From Paraspadella gotoi (taxonomy: Eukaryota; Animalia; Chaetognatha), in NCBI GenBank assembly GCA_051294375.1, contig CM119265.1:2208311-2272310 (forward strand): 64,000 bases of DNA, read 5' to 3'. Position 1 is the first letter of the stretch, and each line of letters opens with the position of its first letter. A program made the position numbers and the translations under genes. The notes below the pieces were generated by a model, which was not told the origin of the DNA, did not search any database, and saw only the letters and a list, made by a program, of their open reading frames with translations. Positions 41,290 through 53,366 of the stretch are shown here, piece after piece.

Positions 41290-41733
41290 TCTCTCTCTCT
41301 CTCCTCTCTCCTCTCGATATTCCGCCTCCAAACNNNNNNNNNNNNNNNNNNNNNNNNNGAGAGAGAGAGAGAGAGAGAGAATTTGTCCGAAATACGCGAC
41401 GTCGGCGGTTTATTCTCTTGTCAAAAACAAACGCGAAACGGAGCGAAAGAGGAAATAAAAGAGGAAACAAAACCTAAAAAAAAACAACACAAAGAAACAA
41501 AAACGAAACAAAAACATAACTAAACAGAATAAAGAAACAAAACAACAAAACAGAACAGAAGGTAGAAACAAAAACTTCGAAAAAGAGAAAAATAGTTATT
41601 GAATGTAAAATGGACTCATTTAGTCAGACAGTCAACGGTTTATGTATTTCTTGACTCTTTTTATTTTCGCTGTTTCTTTCACTCTCTCTCAGTGTTCGCT
41701 TCTCGGTCTGTCAGTCTGTCTGTTCAAACTTTC

Positions 41734-41769
<36 letters not shown>

Positions 41770-42240
41770 GTCTTTTCTTTCTTTTGGTTCTGCTTCTTAG
41801 CTTGATGTTTTCTTCCCGTTTCCCCCTCCTCCTCATCCCTTCCTTCCCTTCCGCTGATGTTCCCCATTCCTTGTTTTTTTTTTCCCCCTTCCCTCCCCCC
41901 CCATCCTCTTTTTTCCTCCCCCCCCCACCCTCCTTGCTCATCATTTCCTTTCCGTTCCCTTTCTTTCATTTTCTTTCTTTCTTCTTCTCTTTCTTTTCCT
42001 ACGCTGCTCGCTCTCCTCCGTGGTCCTGTCCTTTTGTGTGCTCTCTCTCTCTCTCTTCTCTTCTCTCTCTTCTCTCCTCTCATCTCTCTCCCCGCTCAAA
42101 AATGATAGTAAAGGATCCTCAATGAAGTCTCTTCTCTGCTCCGCGGACCCTTTAGAGGTAAAAAGGACAAACGACGTCGGTCTTGCGCCTCTCCTATCGA
42201 TGTCCGTCTGAGAGGGAGGAGAGAGAGAGGAGAAGAGAGA

Positions 42241-42273
<33 letters not shown>

Positions 42274-42398
42274 GTTACGACCTCGTCTCCCAGGGTTGAA
42301 ACCTTCCACTTTCTTTGGCTGCCGGAAACCAAAAGATCCGTGGGAATCGCCATCCAATCTGAGGAAGCAAATGAGAAGGAAGGAGGGTAGGAGGAGGG

Positions 42399-42444
<46 letters not shown>

Positions 42445-43443
42445 GGAGAAGAAGAGAGAGGAGAGAGAGAGAGTGAAGAGAGGAGAGAGATGAGAGGCGA
42501 GAGAGACGAAGAGAGAGAGAGAGAAGAGGGAGATTAAGGAGGAAGAAGGAGAGAGAGAGGAAGGAGAGTGGAGGAGGAAAGGCCAAGGAAGGAAAGGTGA
42601 AAAATAAAAGAAAAAAAGAGAAACAAGAAAGAAACGGTGATTCCACATGTTGTTGCGAGCAGAGCAGTGACTTTATTTTCACGTTTAATTTTCCCTTTTG
42701 ATCACATGATACGCACATTGAGAATGCTAAAAACTATTTTAGCCCTTGTATTTATGACATTGGCCGTGCGATCAAAAATGTCCACTTTTATTCCTTATGA
42801 ATGGATTCTGACGATGGATACAGACTTACTGGCTCACAGACGACGCGACAGACTCGAACGAAAAGTGACTTATAGAGTTGCTTCTGAAATTAAAGAGAGG
42901 AAGAAAGAGAGAGAGAGAGACGAGAGACGAGAGAGAGGAGAGAGAGAGAGAGGAGGAGAGAGAGAGAGAGAGAGATGAGAAGAGATGAAGAGGAAGGATA
43001 CCGAGAAGAAGCGGCGAGGGAGGATCTAAGTAAAGATGACAAGCGTTTGAAGTGAAACCACTGAAAAAACGGTCGTACACCATGCGGGGGACGACACGCA
43101 GCGGCTCGTCCGTGAACGGAATCTGCGACAGAGCTGGGACGTAGGACAGCGAAGACAAGGCGTGAGGGGTGCCGGTAATGCAGCGTAGAGACGAGCGGGA
43201 TTTGGGACGGGCTAACGACACGGACGAACGAAAGAAGTTGCCGGGAGAACTCCGTGGGGGCTGCGATACCGAGAGATACACATCATATTTAGACACTTCC
43301 TTCTCTTGCTTCCCTTTTAATTTTTTCGTAGGGTACTTCGTATTTTATTAAAAAAAAAAATTTTAACAATGGCATGATTCAGAAGATATGATAAATGGTT
43401 GAGAATATGGGAGCAGGAGAGAGAGAGGGATGGAGGGAAGAGA

Positions 43444-43485
<42 letters not shown>

Positions 43486-44176
43486 GAGATGAAGATTACA
43501 GAAGAGTAAGAGAGAGAGAGAGAGAGAGAGAGAGGAAGAGAGAGAGGAGAGGAGTCGCACCATAGGAAAGGATAACATAATTTGTCAATTAAATTGGCAT
43601 TTGGCAAGATAACAAAAATCCATGAAAGTAAGGAAGTCTGGATTTAGAAGAGATGGGTAAGAGAGAGGAGAGGAAAAATGAAAGATGGAAGAGAAGAAAG
43701 ATGAGAACAATAACAATCGTGTATTACTTAAGGGAATGGTCTTTTTATTACAATTTTATAATTTTATTAGAAATTTTAAATACTTCATTGATAAGGAAGC
43801 CAGGTACATTGGGAGTTAATAAACGAGACTGTGAGAGAATCTTGATTAAAAGCTTGCAGGGACCTGCTATGTCATGTAGGAGGTCTTAACTTATAGCCAA
43901 TCCTAAGGCTGGAGACAAGCGAGCTTATTTAATGAATGAAACTTATAATTTTTATCAATTTCATAAAAGAAAAATAGGAAAAGATACTAAACAAAACTAT
44001 AACCAAGATTGAAGAAAAAGCGAGAGAAAAAAGCAAAAGGTAGAAAAAATCAAAAAAGCAAGGGTGAAAAAAGCAAAAGGGAGAAAAAAGAAAAAGGGAA
44101 AAAAAGCTAAAGAAGACGATTCCATGATGCGAAAGCATAAGGAGCGAAATCCTTTCAACGTTTTAATTATCTCCAG

Positions 44177-44605
44177 TTTTTAGTTGCGCCGCGAGTACTC
44201 CCGGAGCAACTCTATAAGTCACTTTTTTGTCGGTCGGTCGGTCGGTATGTTTGTCCATCGGTCTATCCTACTTACGTTAAAAACGCTTATATTTGCTTAT
44301 AGTTTGTTGCTCATTTGTTAAAAATCAAATCTAAGCTACTACTGGCTCCGCCTTTTGTTTTTTAAAAAATCTTAGTAGAAAAAATAAAGTTTTAATGATT
44401 TTTTACAACGAATTTGTTTTTATTTTTATTCGTTGTAAAAAATCATTAAAACTATGTTTTTTCTACTATCAAACTCACAACGAAAAAGAAAGGTTAATAC
44501 ATCATGTCTACCAAAAAAATCTTATAAACTATAAGGAATAAATGATATGATAAGTAAAAAGAAAAGTAATGTGGCGCAACACCTTGGAATAACCGTTCCT
44601 TGTTT
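44177..44605 (+). mobile_element. Helentron-associated / DINE-1-like non-autonomous element (HINE), long copy
   Basis: It starts with a T run, then the 5' palindrome AGTTGCGCCG..GAGTACTC..CGGAGCAACT and CTATAAGTCAC, then a (GTCG)n microsatellite. The 3' end has the sub-terminal inverted repeat GGCGCAAC (44573-44580), a small GGAA..TTCC hairpin and CTTGTT into T's. This matches the established DINE-1/HINE architecture. Confidence 0.65.
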
Positions 44606-44840
44606 ATCTTCAATTTCTTTATTTTCATTAAATTCGCATTTTTTTTAATGTTTCTCTTTTAATTATCGGATAAAAAGAAGAGGCAGGGAAGAGAGAGATA
44701 AAGAAAGCGGGAAAAAGGGGAGAGAGAGAGAGAAAGAAAGAAAGAAAGAAAGATAGAAACCTAGAGAGAGAGTTTCCCCCTCTCTCTTATCTTATCTTTA
44801 CTTCAATGAAAAGTAAAATGAAACGAATCGGAATCACATG

Positions 44841-45005
44841 TAGATTTAAAATTTCCTTTTAGATTTAGATTTGAAAAATCATTTTAGATTTAGATTTAAA
44901 ATTTCCTTTTAGATTTAGATTTTAAATTTCATTTTAGATTTAGATTCAAAATTTCATTTTAGATTTAGTTTTAAAATTTCTTTTTAGATTTAGATTCGAA
45001 ATTTA
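44841..45005. repeat. 25-bp AT-rich minisatellite (TAGATTTAAAATTTCMTTTTAGATT), ~6 units
   Basis: 25-bp period directly visible; noisy mirror at ~37270-37460. Confidence 0.9.
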
Positions 45006-46229
45006 CAATTTTTTTTGTTTTAAAAAAGAAATAGTTTACAGATCAATATTAAACATACGTAAATAAATTCCTTCCTGAATGTTTTGATCTCCACACACAC
45101 ATATAATAAGCGTCCACACACATAATCAGCCTTCCACCCCGAGGGGGAAAAACAAACGAAGAGATTCGCATAAAACATGAAAGACGCGGAATTGGTCGCA
45201 TAGCAACCGAGGACGCGAAAACCGGTCGCCTAGCAGCCAAAGCAAACACTGAAATCAAAATGGCAAAAGTGAGAGAAGAAAAGCTGACGTGAAAAAAAAA
45301 ATGGGTTAAATATATCTTAGGATCAGTGAATGAGTTCCCCGGATTTTGTGAAAAGAGAGAAAATTGAGATGACGGTTTATGACGTCACAAATCAGCATCG
45401 ATGTGATCATGAGGTCAAAGAAACCATTTAAGTCAAAGTCACAAACGAACGCCATAAACCGAGGCCACAAAAGGAAGCCACAAATCAACGCCACTAACCT
45501 ACGCCACAAGCCGACGCCTCAAACCAAAGCCACAAAGGATTTAAAAAGTAAAATTAAGCGAAGATGATAGAAAATCGAATTTTGCATCAAAAGACGAAGA
45601 AAGTTTTTTCGATTCTTGACAAAAATCCGTCAATATCCTAAATTACACTTGAAACTTGATCCAAATTAAGTTTTAATACTGAATGAACTATGTATCAGTT
45701 GTATATAATCTTGGTTAATGTGCCAGACTACAAATGTTTAAAACTGTATTATTCCCCTATCTAATACTTAAGGGAATGATCCTTTTATACAATTGAAACA
45801 TTCTTTAAAATATTCTACCAATTCATTGATAGGGAAGCCAGGTACTCTGGGAGTGAATAAAATTGAAAGCTTGCAGGGACCTGCTATGTCATTATCTTGT
45901 AAGAGTGATGGAGGCCTGAACTTATCATAGCCAGTCCTAAGGCAAGAGGCAAGCTACCTTATTTAATTAATGAACTTATAATATTTATAAATTTCATGAA
46001 CCACCAAGATAGCTTATTTATAAAATAAATAGATAATTTTATATTGGTTGTGCCAATTTTATGAAATTTTTATGAAATGTATAACCAATATCAAAATTAT
46101 CTATTCATTAAATAAAGAGAAAGAAACGAGAAAGATAGATACTAGAAAAAAAATATGTTTAAATGTAAAGAAGAAAAAAAGAAAAAAACTCGTGAGTTTC
46201 TGCTTAGGATGATCTTTTGTTTCAACGAG

Positions 46230-46295
<66 letters not shown>

Positions 46296-46333
46296 ATCCG
46301 ATCAATGAAGCGAATCTCATGGACGTTCATTTG

Positions 46334-46336
46334 TCG

Positions 46337-46371
<35 letters not shown>

Positions 46372-46547
46372 TGCTGTTGTCTTTGTCAACGATGTTTTAA
46401 TTGTAAGCGTTGGTATTGTTACATTAAGCCTTCGTCATTTTGTACTCATCCTGGAATATCATCATCATCGTCATCATCGTCATCATCATCGTCATTATCA
46501 TCATCATCAGAGTCGTGGACGTCGTCTTCTTCGTCGTCGTCGTCGTT

Positions 46548-46578
<31 letters not shown>

Positions 46579-46606
46579 GCGTCGTCTTCTTCTTCGTCGT
46601 CGTCGT
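46334..46606. repeat. Compound (CGT)n/(CAT)n trinucleotide repeats
   Basis: Directly visible; mirror at ~35420-35735. Similar tracts lie at 26420-26670 and 28578-28612. Confidence 0.9.
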
Positions 46607-47742
46607 GGTTCCATCATTTGTTTTCCTCAACTCCAGACTTCAGTTCCGATAATGAATGACCGGAAGAGGGCGGTAGGGGGGGGAGAGATACAGTATAATC
46701 TGGATACGAGAAAAACGATTTATTTGGCCAATTTTAAGATGAAATTTCTTGCTAAAAAGATAGAGAGAGAAACCGATTGTGTGAGCAAGCAAGCCAAGCA
46801 AGCCAAGCAAGCCAAACAAGCCAAACAACGAAGAAACGAAAAAACAAGCTGACGATCGACTTAGTTTCCGAGAATAACCCTCTAGCCATGAAAGGCGATA
46901 AATTTTGGGGAAAAAACCAAATAAAATGAGAAGATTAACTTTAGTACATCAACAACAACAACATAAACAGCTACAACAACATCAACAACTACATCAACAT
47001 TGTCTCTTACTCAATGGATAAATTCTTGGTTGAAAATTGATTACTAAATTGACACTATTATAAATTGTCTTATCCTCTAAGTTTATCCTCATCAGTGAAA
47101 ACGTAATAATTATTAAATAGTTTAAATTCCATTTAATGTAAAACGGTGACCCATAAATACAGTTATCCGCGAATATGACGACGTCACGTGACCAGCGTTA
47201 GCTTCCCCCCCCAAAATGGAATCAACTGTACTGAAAAATTGACTCTCTCTCACTCCGGTTTGATCATCGGGCGACATTTTTTTTTGGGACTGTCAGCGAA
47301 AATTTGCTTTTCATGCGACTCGACAGTTGACACGTGGTCCACTCCGGTTTTAATTAGATCAATTGGATATCAGAGAATTTTTGGCGAAGGGCAGATCTAC
47401 TGTTATAATGGCGGNNNNNNNNNNNNNNNNNNNNNNNNNNNNNNNNNNNNNNNNNNNNNNNNNNNNNNNNNNNNNNNNNNNNNNNNNNNNNNNNNNNNNN
47501 NNNNNNNNNNNNNNNNNNNNNNNNNNNNNNNNNNNNNNNNNNNNNNNNNNNNNNNNNNNNNNNNNNNNNNNNNNNNNNNNNNNNNNNNNNNNNNNNNNNN
47601 NNNNNNNNNNNNNNNNNNNNNNNNNNNNNNNNNNNNNNNNNNNNNNNNNNNNNNNNNNNAAAAAAAACCGTCCATTTGCTTCAATTAACCTAATTCGATT
47701 TTGGATTAACAAAAGGCTAACGGTCTGCGTTTGCCGGTAGCA

Positions 47743-47776
<34 letters not shown>

Positions 47777-48564
47777 CGGCATGTTCGCTTCAAATGCTCA
47801 CACACGGATGCAGAGAACGAATATTGTTTTCGCCTTGTCAGCGGAAATACACGGTTTCACGGAGAAGGGATAGAGAGAGAGAGAGAGAGAGAATTGGAGA
47901 CCAAACTGAGAGAGAGAGAGAGGAGAGAGGAGAGAGAGAGAAAGGAGAGAGAGAAAGGTGAGGGAGAGAGGGGGAGATGAGAGAAATTATGAAATAATAA
48001 TCGAATTATTAATCAAATTTAAGAAAAATCGGGCGAGGTATGGGGCGAAAAAGCAGACTCGGATATTAAAGGAAAAGTAAAAAAAGCCGGAAAGGGAAGA
48101 GAGAGAGCAAGAGAGAGAGAGAGAGAGACAGGAGAGGGGAGGAGGGAGAGAGAGAGAGGAGAAGAGAAAGAGAGAGAGAGAGAGAGGAGAGAAGAGAGTT
48201 AAATGCTTGCAAAAAACCCGTTCCAAAAATTGGCAGAAAAAGTCCAACTGAGAAGGCGTTCATCATTTTTATAACCGAAGCAAAAATCAAAATTCGCTCG
48301 ATACAAAAATGTGAGGAATTTCTTTTCACTGTGATGGGTTTGTGATATTGGAAAGTGAAAAAGAAAAAGGGGAAATGTTATCTGCCTGTGAGTCATGCCA
48401 TTGAAGATAAAAGTGATGTAGAACTGTGCATGTAGAATGTTATGTAGAATGTATGTAAATGTGAGTAGAATATGAAGTCTGCTTTCACGATTAAGATTTC
48501 GTGTTTTGTTAGGTTGAGCGTTTTCAAGTGAATGAAAAGATGAATGGATCCTAGTCTTTTGAAA

Positions 48565-48735
48565 TTAACCTCCATCACTCTTACAAGATATATTGACATA
48601 GCAGGTTCCCTCAAGACCTCTCACAGTGTAGTATATTCACTTCCTAATAACCTGACTTTCCTATCAATTGCAAATGTAAAAATATTTGTATTACTTGTAT
48701 AAATCGTATAAAATGACCATTCCCTTAAGTATTAG
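48565..48735 (-). mobile_element. Interspersed repeat family A, locus 4, internally shortened (duplicate at ~57135-57298)
   Basis: CCTCCATCACTCTTACAAGA..TGACATAGCAGG(T)TCCCT|CAAGACCTCTCACAGT...CATTCCCTTAAGTATTAG. Confidence 0.75.
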
Positions 48736-49129
48736 TTCGGGAAAATACATATTAATACTCCGCACTTAGCATCAAAATACAGGCGCTGAATTTCATCGAA
48801 ATTGGAACAATAATATAAGATTTATTATTAATATTTTCATATTTATTTGGATTATTAAATATTATCATCATTGTATAAATTTTAAAAAGTCGCCGCCCGT
48901 GAATCGAACGTCGCGTCTTACGTCGTCGTAGTCGTCGTCGTCAATGAATTACGTTTGTCCTGTTTTTTTTTTAGGTTTTTTTTTGTCTTTTGTTTTTATT
49001 TGTCCTTTTTTTGATCACGTGACTATTTTCATCCGTCGCGACTTTGGACAGAAAAGGAATCCAATGCCGACTCATCAAAACCACTGATGGGTTTGTGGGC
49101 GACGGGTTAAAGTCAGAGGAACTTAGTTT

Positions 49130-49358
49130 TTTTAGTTGCGCCGCGAGTACACTTTTCTGTCTGTCTGTCGGTCGGTCGGTATGTCTGTCCGTCGGTCGGT
49201 CCCTCTTACGTTAAAAAAGGTTGCTCATTTGTTACGAAAGGAAAAAAAACCTCAGATATAAGTGACTGCTAGCGCCACCTTCAGGAAATCAAAGAATAAA
49301 AGAGGGGCGAAGAGAGTCACTGCGGCGCAACACACATTTGAATTAACGTTCTTGTTTT
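49130..49358 (+). mobile_element. Helentron/DINE-1-like non-autonomous element, short copy (duplicate at ~57712-57922)
   Basis: Perfect 10-bp sub-terminal inverted repeats GTTGCGCCGC (49135-49144) and GCGGCGCAAC (49322-49331), a (GTCT/GTCG)n tract, and an end at GTTCTTGTT in a T run. Confidence 0.65.
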
Positions 49359-49763
49359 TATCATCTTCGCATTGAATGGAATCGATCGGAGATTGTTCTT
49401 TCACTGATGTCTCCAATTGGATGTAGATCTAAAAAGTTCGAATCTATGCTGTTTTCCTCTAAAAACAATATTCTAAAAATGTCGTCAGCCTATTGTTAAT
49501 TTTTTTTTCATTCTGTTAATTTAATATTTCTATTTTGAAAGAGAGAGAGTCACACAGAGAAATAAGGAAAAAAAAAAAAAGAGAAGAGGAGAGAGAGAGA
49601 AGAGAGAGAGAGCGAGAGAGCGGAGAGCGAGAGAGAGTTATCAAGATCTGAACTTTTTTTCTGTGTTCATTGGGGCGGAGAGAAAGATGGGACTATTGGA
49701 AATACCCAACATGAAAATTGAGGGAGAAGAGAAATTCTGGACGAGAGAGAGAGAGGCAGAGAG

Positions 49764-49798
<35 letters not shown>

Positions 49799-50353
49799 AG
49801 AGAGAAGAGAGAGAGAGAGAAAACCAGTGTTATCATCCCAACCCAGTAGTAAAAAGTCAGAGGAGAAAAACAAAATAAAGGCAAAAAAAAAAAGCAAAAA
49901 AAAGCAAAAAGGTAAAAAACGACGAGAAAATAAAGCACAGAGTTGGTCTACGGTCCCGGCCGCAGACTTCCATTCGAAACCGACATTCTCTCTCTCTCTT
50001 CTCTCTCGCTTCGATGAATTCATACATGAGACCTCCCCTCCCTTCTTTCTCTGCTTTTTTTTTTGCCCCTGCAATCAAAAATTCAGAGCGAGAGTAGCAT
50101 TTTGTTGCTTTCTGGCAGTCTCTCTCTCAACTCTCTCTCTCTTCTTGCTCATTCCTCTCTGCTCTCTCTCTCTCTCTCTTCTCCTCTCCCTCTCTCCGTC
50201 TGGGCTATTCCCAACCACCGAGGATGCCTACTTTCGTGATGTGGCTACGAAAATTTCCCGGAATATTTTAGAAATAAAAACGAAGAAATAATAAAACGAG
50301 AAGCACGAGAGAGAAAGCAAATCTAACGAGTAAAGGAGGAATAAAAGGGAAGC

Positions 50354-50407
<54 letters not shown>

Positions 50408-50476
50408 AGAAGGCAGAGAAAGAAAGAAATAAAGAGAACAAATGGATAGAAAAGATACAATGAAGAAAAGAGAGAA

Positions 50477-50509
<33 letters not shown>

Positions 50510-50630
50510 GAGAGAGAGAGAAAGAAGGAGAGAGAGGAGAGAGAGAAGAGAGAGATATAAAAAGAATCTCTCTGCAGCGCTGACCAAATGGGCCTCAGCC
50601 TGCAGAGGCAAGGAAAAGGCTCAAACTCAC

Positions 50631-50688
50631 CTTTTTGATCAATTTCCAGACCAATTCTGGCCTCTGCGCATTCTGTCCTGGTCTGGCG

Positions 50689-50728
<40 letters not shown>

Positions 50729-50830
50729 CTCCTCTCTCTCTCTCTCTTCTTCTCTTCTCTCACATTCAGTACTCGCCACGCGCAAAATCTCTTTCCAAGG
50801 AATTTGTTGATTTTTTTTCGAGAATAAAAA
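50631..50830 (-). other. Putative non-coding first exon; only the 3' boundary is defined and the start is approximate
   Basis: Consensus donor AAG|GTGAGT at 50631/50630 on the minus strand, ~275 bp downstream of a CCAAT/CRE cluster. No long ORF. Duplicate at offset +8567. Confidence 0.35.
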
Positions 50831-50905
50831 AGGAAATAAAAAAAAAAAAGCAAGAGATTTTAAACGACAGGCCGCTTCTTCCGGGGAAAAAACCCTGCGC
50901 CTCTG

Positions 50906-50997
50906 ATTGGTCCGATTCCCTCGGTGCCGACTCGACGTCGATTGGTCGAAGCGAAAGGCGAACGCTGATTGGTCGTCTACCAGAGAGGGTGACGTCA
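50906..50997 (-). promoter_or_regulatory. Putative promoter: three GACCAATC boxes plus a CRE palindrome
   Basis: ATTGG at 50906, 50941 and 50968, all GACCAATC on minus; TGACGTCA at 50990-50997; CpG-rich island. Identical copy at 59473-59564. Confidence 0.6.
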
Positions 50998-51395
50998 GGA
51001 AGGCGCGAGTCTCAACGAAAATTACACTTAGGGAAGAATGAAAGGAGATCTGGTAATTTGATAAGGGAAACTAGAGCGATAGAGAGAGAGAGAGATGGAG
51101 GGAGACAGAGAGGTTGGGAGAGGGAGAGGGAGACAGAAACAAAAAACAATTTTTATAGTAGAATTAGATACGCACGACCTTTGCGAAAAAGAATTCGAGC
51201 TGCCTTCCAAAAAAGAACAATGATCGGCCTCACAGATATGATGCAAAAAATAAAAATACATATTTAGTTGGATATAAAATATGTCTGATTGTTTGTAACG
51301 TCCGTTTTTTGTGGTTAATTGTGCAATCGTGGGCTGACTAATTGGCGTCAATGACATGTGGATAAATTAAAGACAGAATACATAAACGTATTATG

Positions 51396-51444
<49 letters not shown>

Positions 51445-51790
51445 GAGAGAGAGAGAGAGAAGAATGATTATGTTTTCTATGACAGAAATTGTGATCCTTT
51501 CAAGGGAGACTTAATCTCAAATGAAATAAACGTAATTTTTTTGCATTAGAAGGAAAATAGGGAGAGAGAGAAGAAGAGGAGAGGAGGGAGAGAGAGAGTG
51601 AGAGAGAGAGAGGAGAGAGGAGAGAGAGAGAGAGAGTTTTCGGAAATAATGTTCAATGATTGAATCGAGTCCAAAAAGGTCAAAAGTGAAAAAATGATTT
51701 CTTGAAAAATGTAAATTTAAAAAATGTTTTTTAAAAAAGGAAAAAACAGCGATAAGCAAATAAGGAGAGAGAGAGAGAGAGAGAGAAGAG

Positions 51791-51828
<38 letters not shown>

Positions 51829-51922
51829 AAGAACGAGAGAGAGAGAAAAGGAGTTAGCAGAGATTGATTGCACACAGAAGCTCAACAGGGAGGAATAGAA
51901 ATCGTATTACTGGGGGAAAAAT

Positions 51923-51977
<55 letters not shown>

Positions 51978-52158
51978 AATTATGGCAAGAATGAGTCAAT
52001 TAGCGATATTAATTTATCGATATTACGAAAAATAAAGAAAAGTATCCTATAAAAAATAAAAAACAGCAACATTATTAATTACAAATTAATTAAAAATAAA
52101 GAACCACCTCAAAGATGAGAAAAGAAAAAAGTCATAAAATTGACTATCTTCATTTGCT

Positions 52159-52219
<61 letters not shown>

Positions 52220-52276
52220 AAAATCTATAATCGATTTTCAGATGATTATCTTAAATTGACCTCCGATACAACTCGA

Positions 52277-52335
52277 TTGAATGTACATTGAATCTACATT
52301 GAATGTACATTGAATGTACATTGAATTTACATTAT
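52277..52335. repeat. 11-bp repeat (TACATTGAATG), ~5 units
   Basis: Directly visible; shorter in the duplicate at ~60860-60895. Confidence 0.85.
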
Positions 52336-53057
52336 ATAAAAACCTTAATAAGAACATCAAAAAGTTAAAAGATCAGCGCATACATGATTAAGATAAAATA
52401 TGTAAGTAAAATTTAGAGAATGAGAAATTGAGCTCTTCATTCATGATTGCAGGAAAATTTCTATATATATGAAAGATTACTTTTTCACATTTTCACGAAG
52501 GTCATTGGCATTTGTTTCCTTAGTTTGTTCACCATAACAATTTAAACCATTTTTTTCTGCTCGCAATTTTCCAGTAAAAATTACCAGACGCGGCTTGCAA
52601 TGACTATTGACCTTTTCCATCTGGCAAAGAAGTCGCAGGCGAATATCCAATTAAATTTAGCATCGAAAATAAACACGACGTAAAATCGTAATCTGTTTTC
52701 CTTAATCAATGCTGAAATTACTCTGCACCAACGATGATTACCCATTACCCATTACCCACTGTGACAACTCTAATACCCAATGCTCCAATGCCCAATGCTG
52801 CATTACCCAATGTTCACTGTGACAACTCTAATCACCGTTAAGTGACAATTTTTGCTAATATTTTCGTTTTTTCACATTTGATTTCGCGGGAAAACAGATG
52901 TTCAATGAAGTTACTTCATTCAAAAAATGAAACAAGACGCTTCACGAAATGAATCACAAAGACCTATGAGACAAAAACGTCAACGATTCTAGACATTTTT
53001 GACCAAAGACGACATCGAGCGCCATCTGTCCCTCGCACGCGATCCGTCGCGATCCGT

Positions 53058-53070
53058 CGCCATCTAGCGG
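53058..53070 (-). promoter_or_regulatory. CTCF-like motif (CCGCTAGATGGCG on minus)
   Basis: Resembles the bilaterian CTCF core CCRCYAGRKGGCR. Related sites lie at 53019-53028 and 54170-54182. Confidence 0.35.
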
Positions 53071-53221
53071 TGGAAAATATAACAAGCGAGTTATGTGATC
53101 AACCAATGGAAGCGATCGGCTTCGTGCGATCATCCATTGATTCAACTGTTAATGTGATTATCTAGTCTTGCAATTTATCGCTGTCGCTATTTCATGCGAT
53201 CGTCAATTTTACGAACGCCGA

Positions 53222-53366
53222 TATGCAATCACCCTGTAATGTGATCAGCCGAACACCCTGTAATGCGATCAGCTGAACACCCTTTAATGCGATCAGCTGA
53301 ACACCCTGTAATGCGATCAGCCCAACACCCTGTAATGCGATCAGCCGAACACCCTGTAATGCGATC
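53222..53366. repeat. 24-bp minisatellite TAATGCGATCAGCYGAACACCCTG, ~6 units
   Basis: Head-to-tail units without spacers (the source of the MRSAEHPV ORF). A second array of ~3 units is at 53906-53985; duplicates at ~61785-61936 and ~62486-62561. Confidence 0.95.

Larger units (their letters stand above)
34790..47115. repeat. Large inverted duplication: arms ~34790-41333 and ~41359-47115 around a 25-N gap
   Basis: Mirror-image ORFs (39229+ / 43296-, 39174-39356 / 43169-43351, 40735- / 41784+) with constant coordinate sums. Reverse-complement landmarks extend to TTCACTGATG (~34803) and CATCAGTGAA (~47090). Confidence 0.95.

Noticed and set aside
46637-46672. 36-nt micro-exon candidate (CTCCAG|...GCG|GTAGGG; TSVPIMNDRKRA)
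   Set aside because: Too short to distinguish from chance, and the splice sites are not preserved in the mirror copy.
53222-53366. 24-bp repeat array as a possible CRISPR array or repeat protein (MRSAEHPV)n
   Set aside because: The units are head-to-tail with no unique spacers and there are no cas genes. The frame is not preserved in the duplicate copy and no splice signals are evident.
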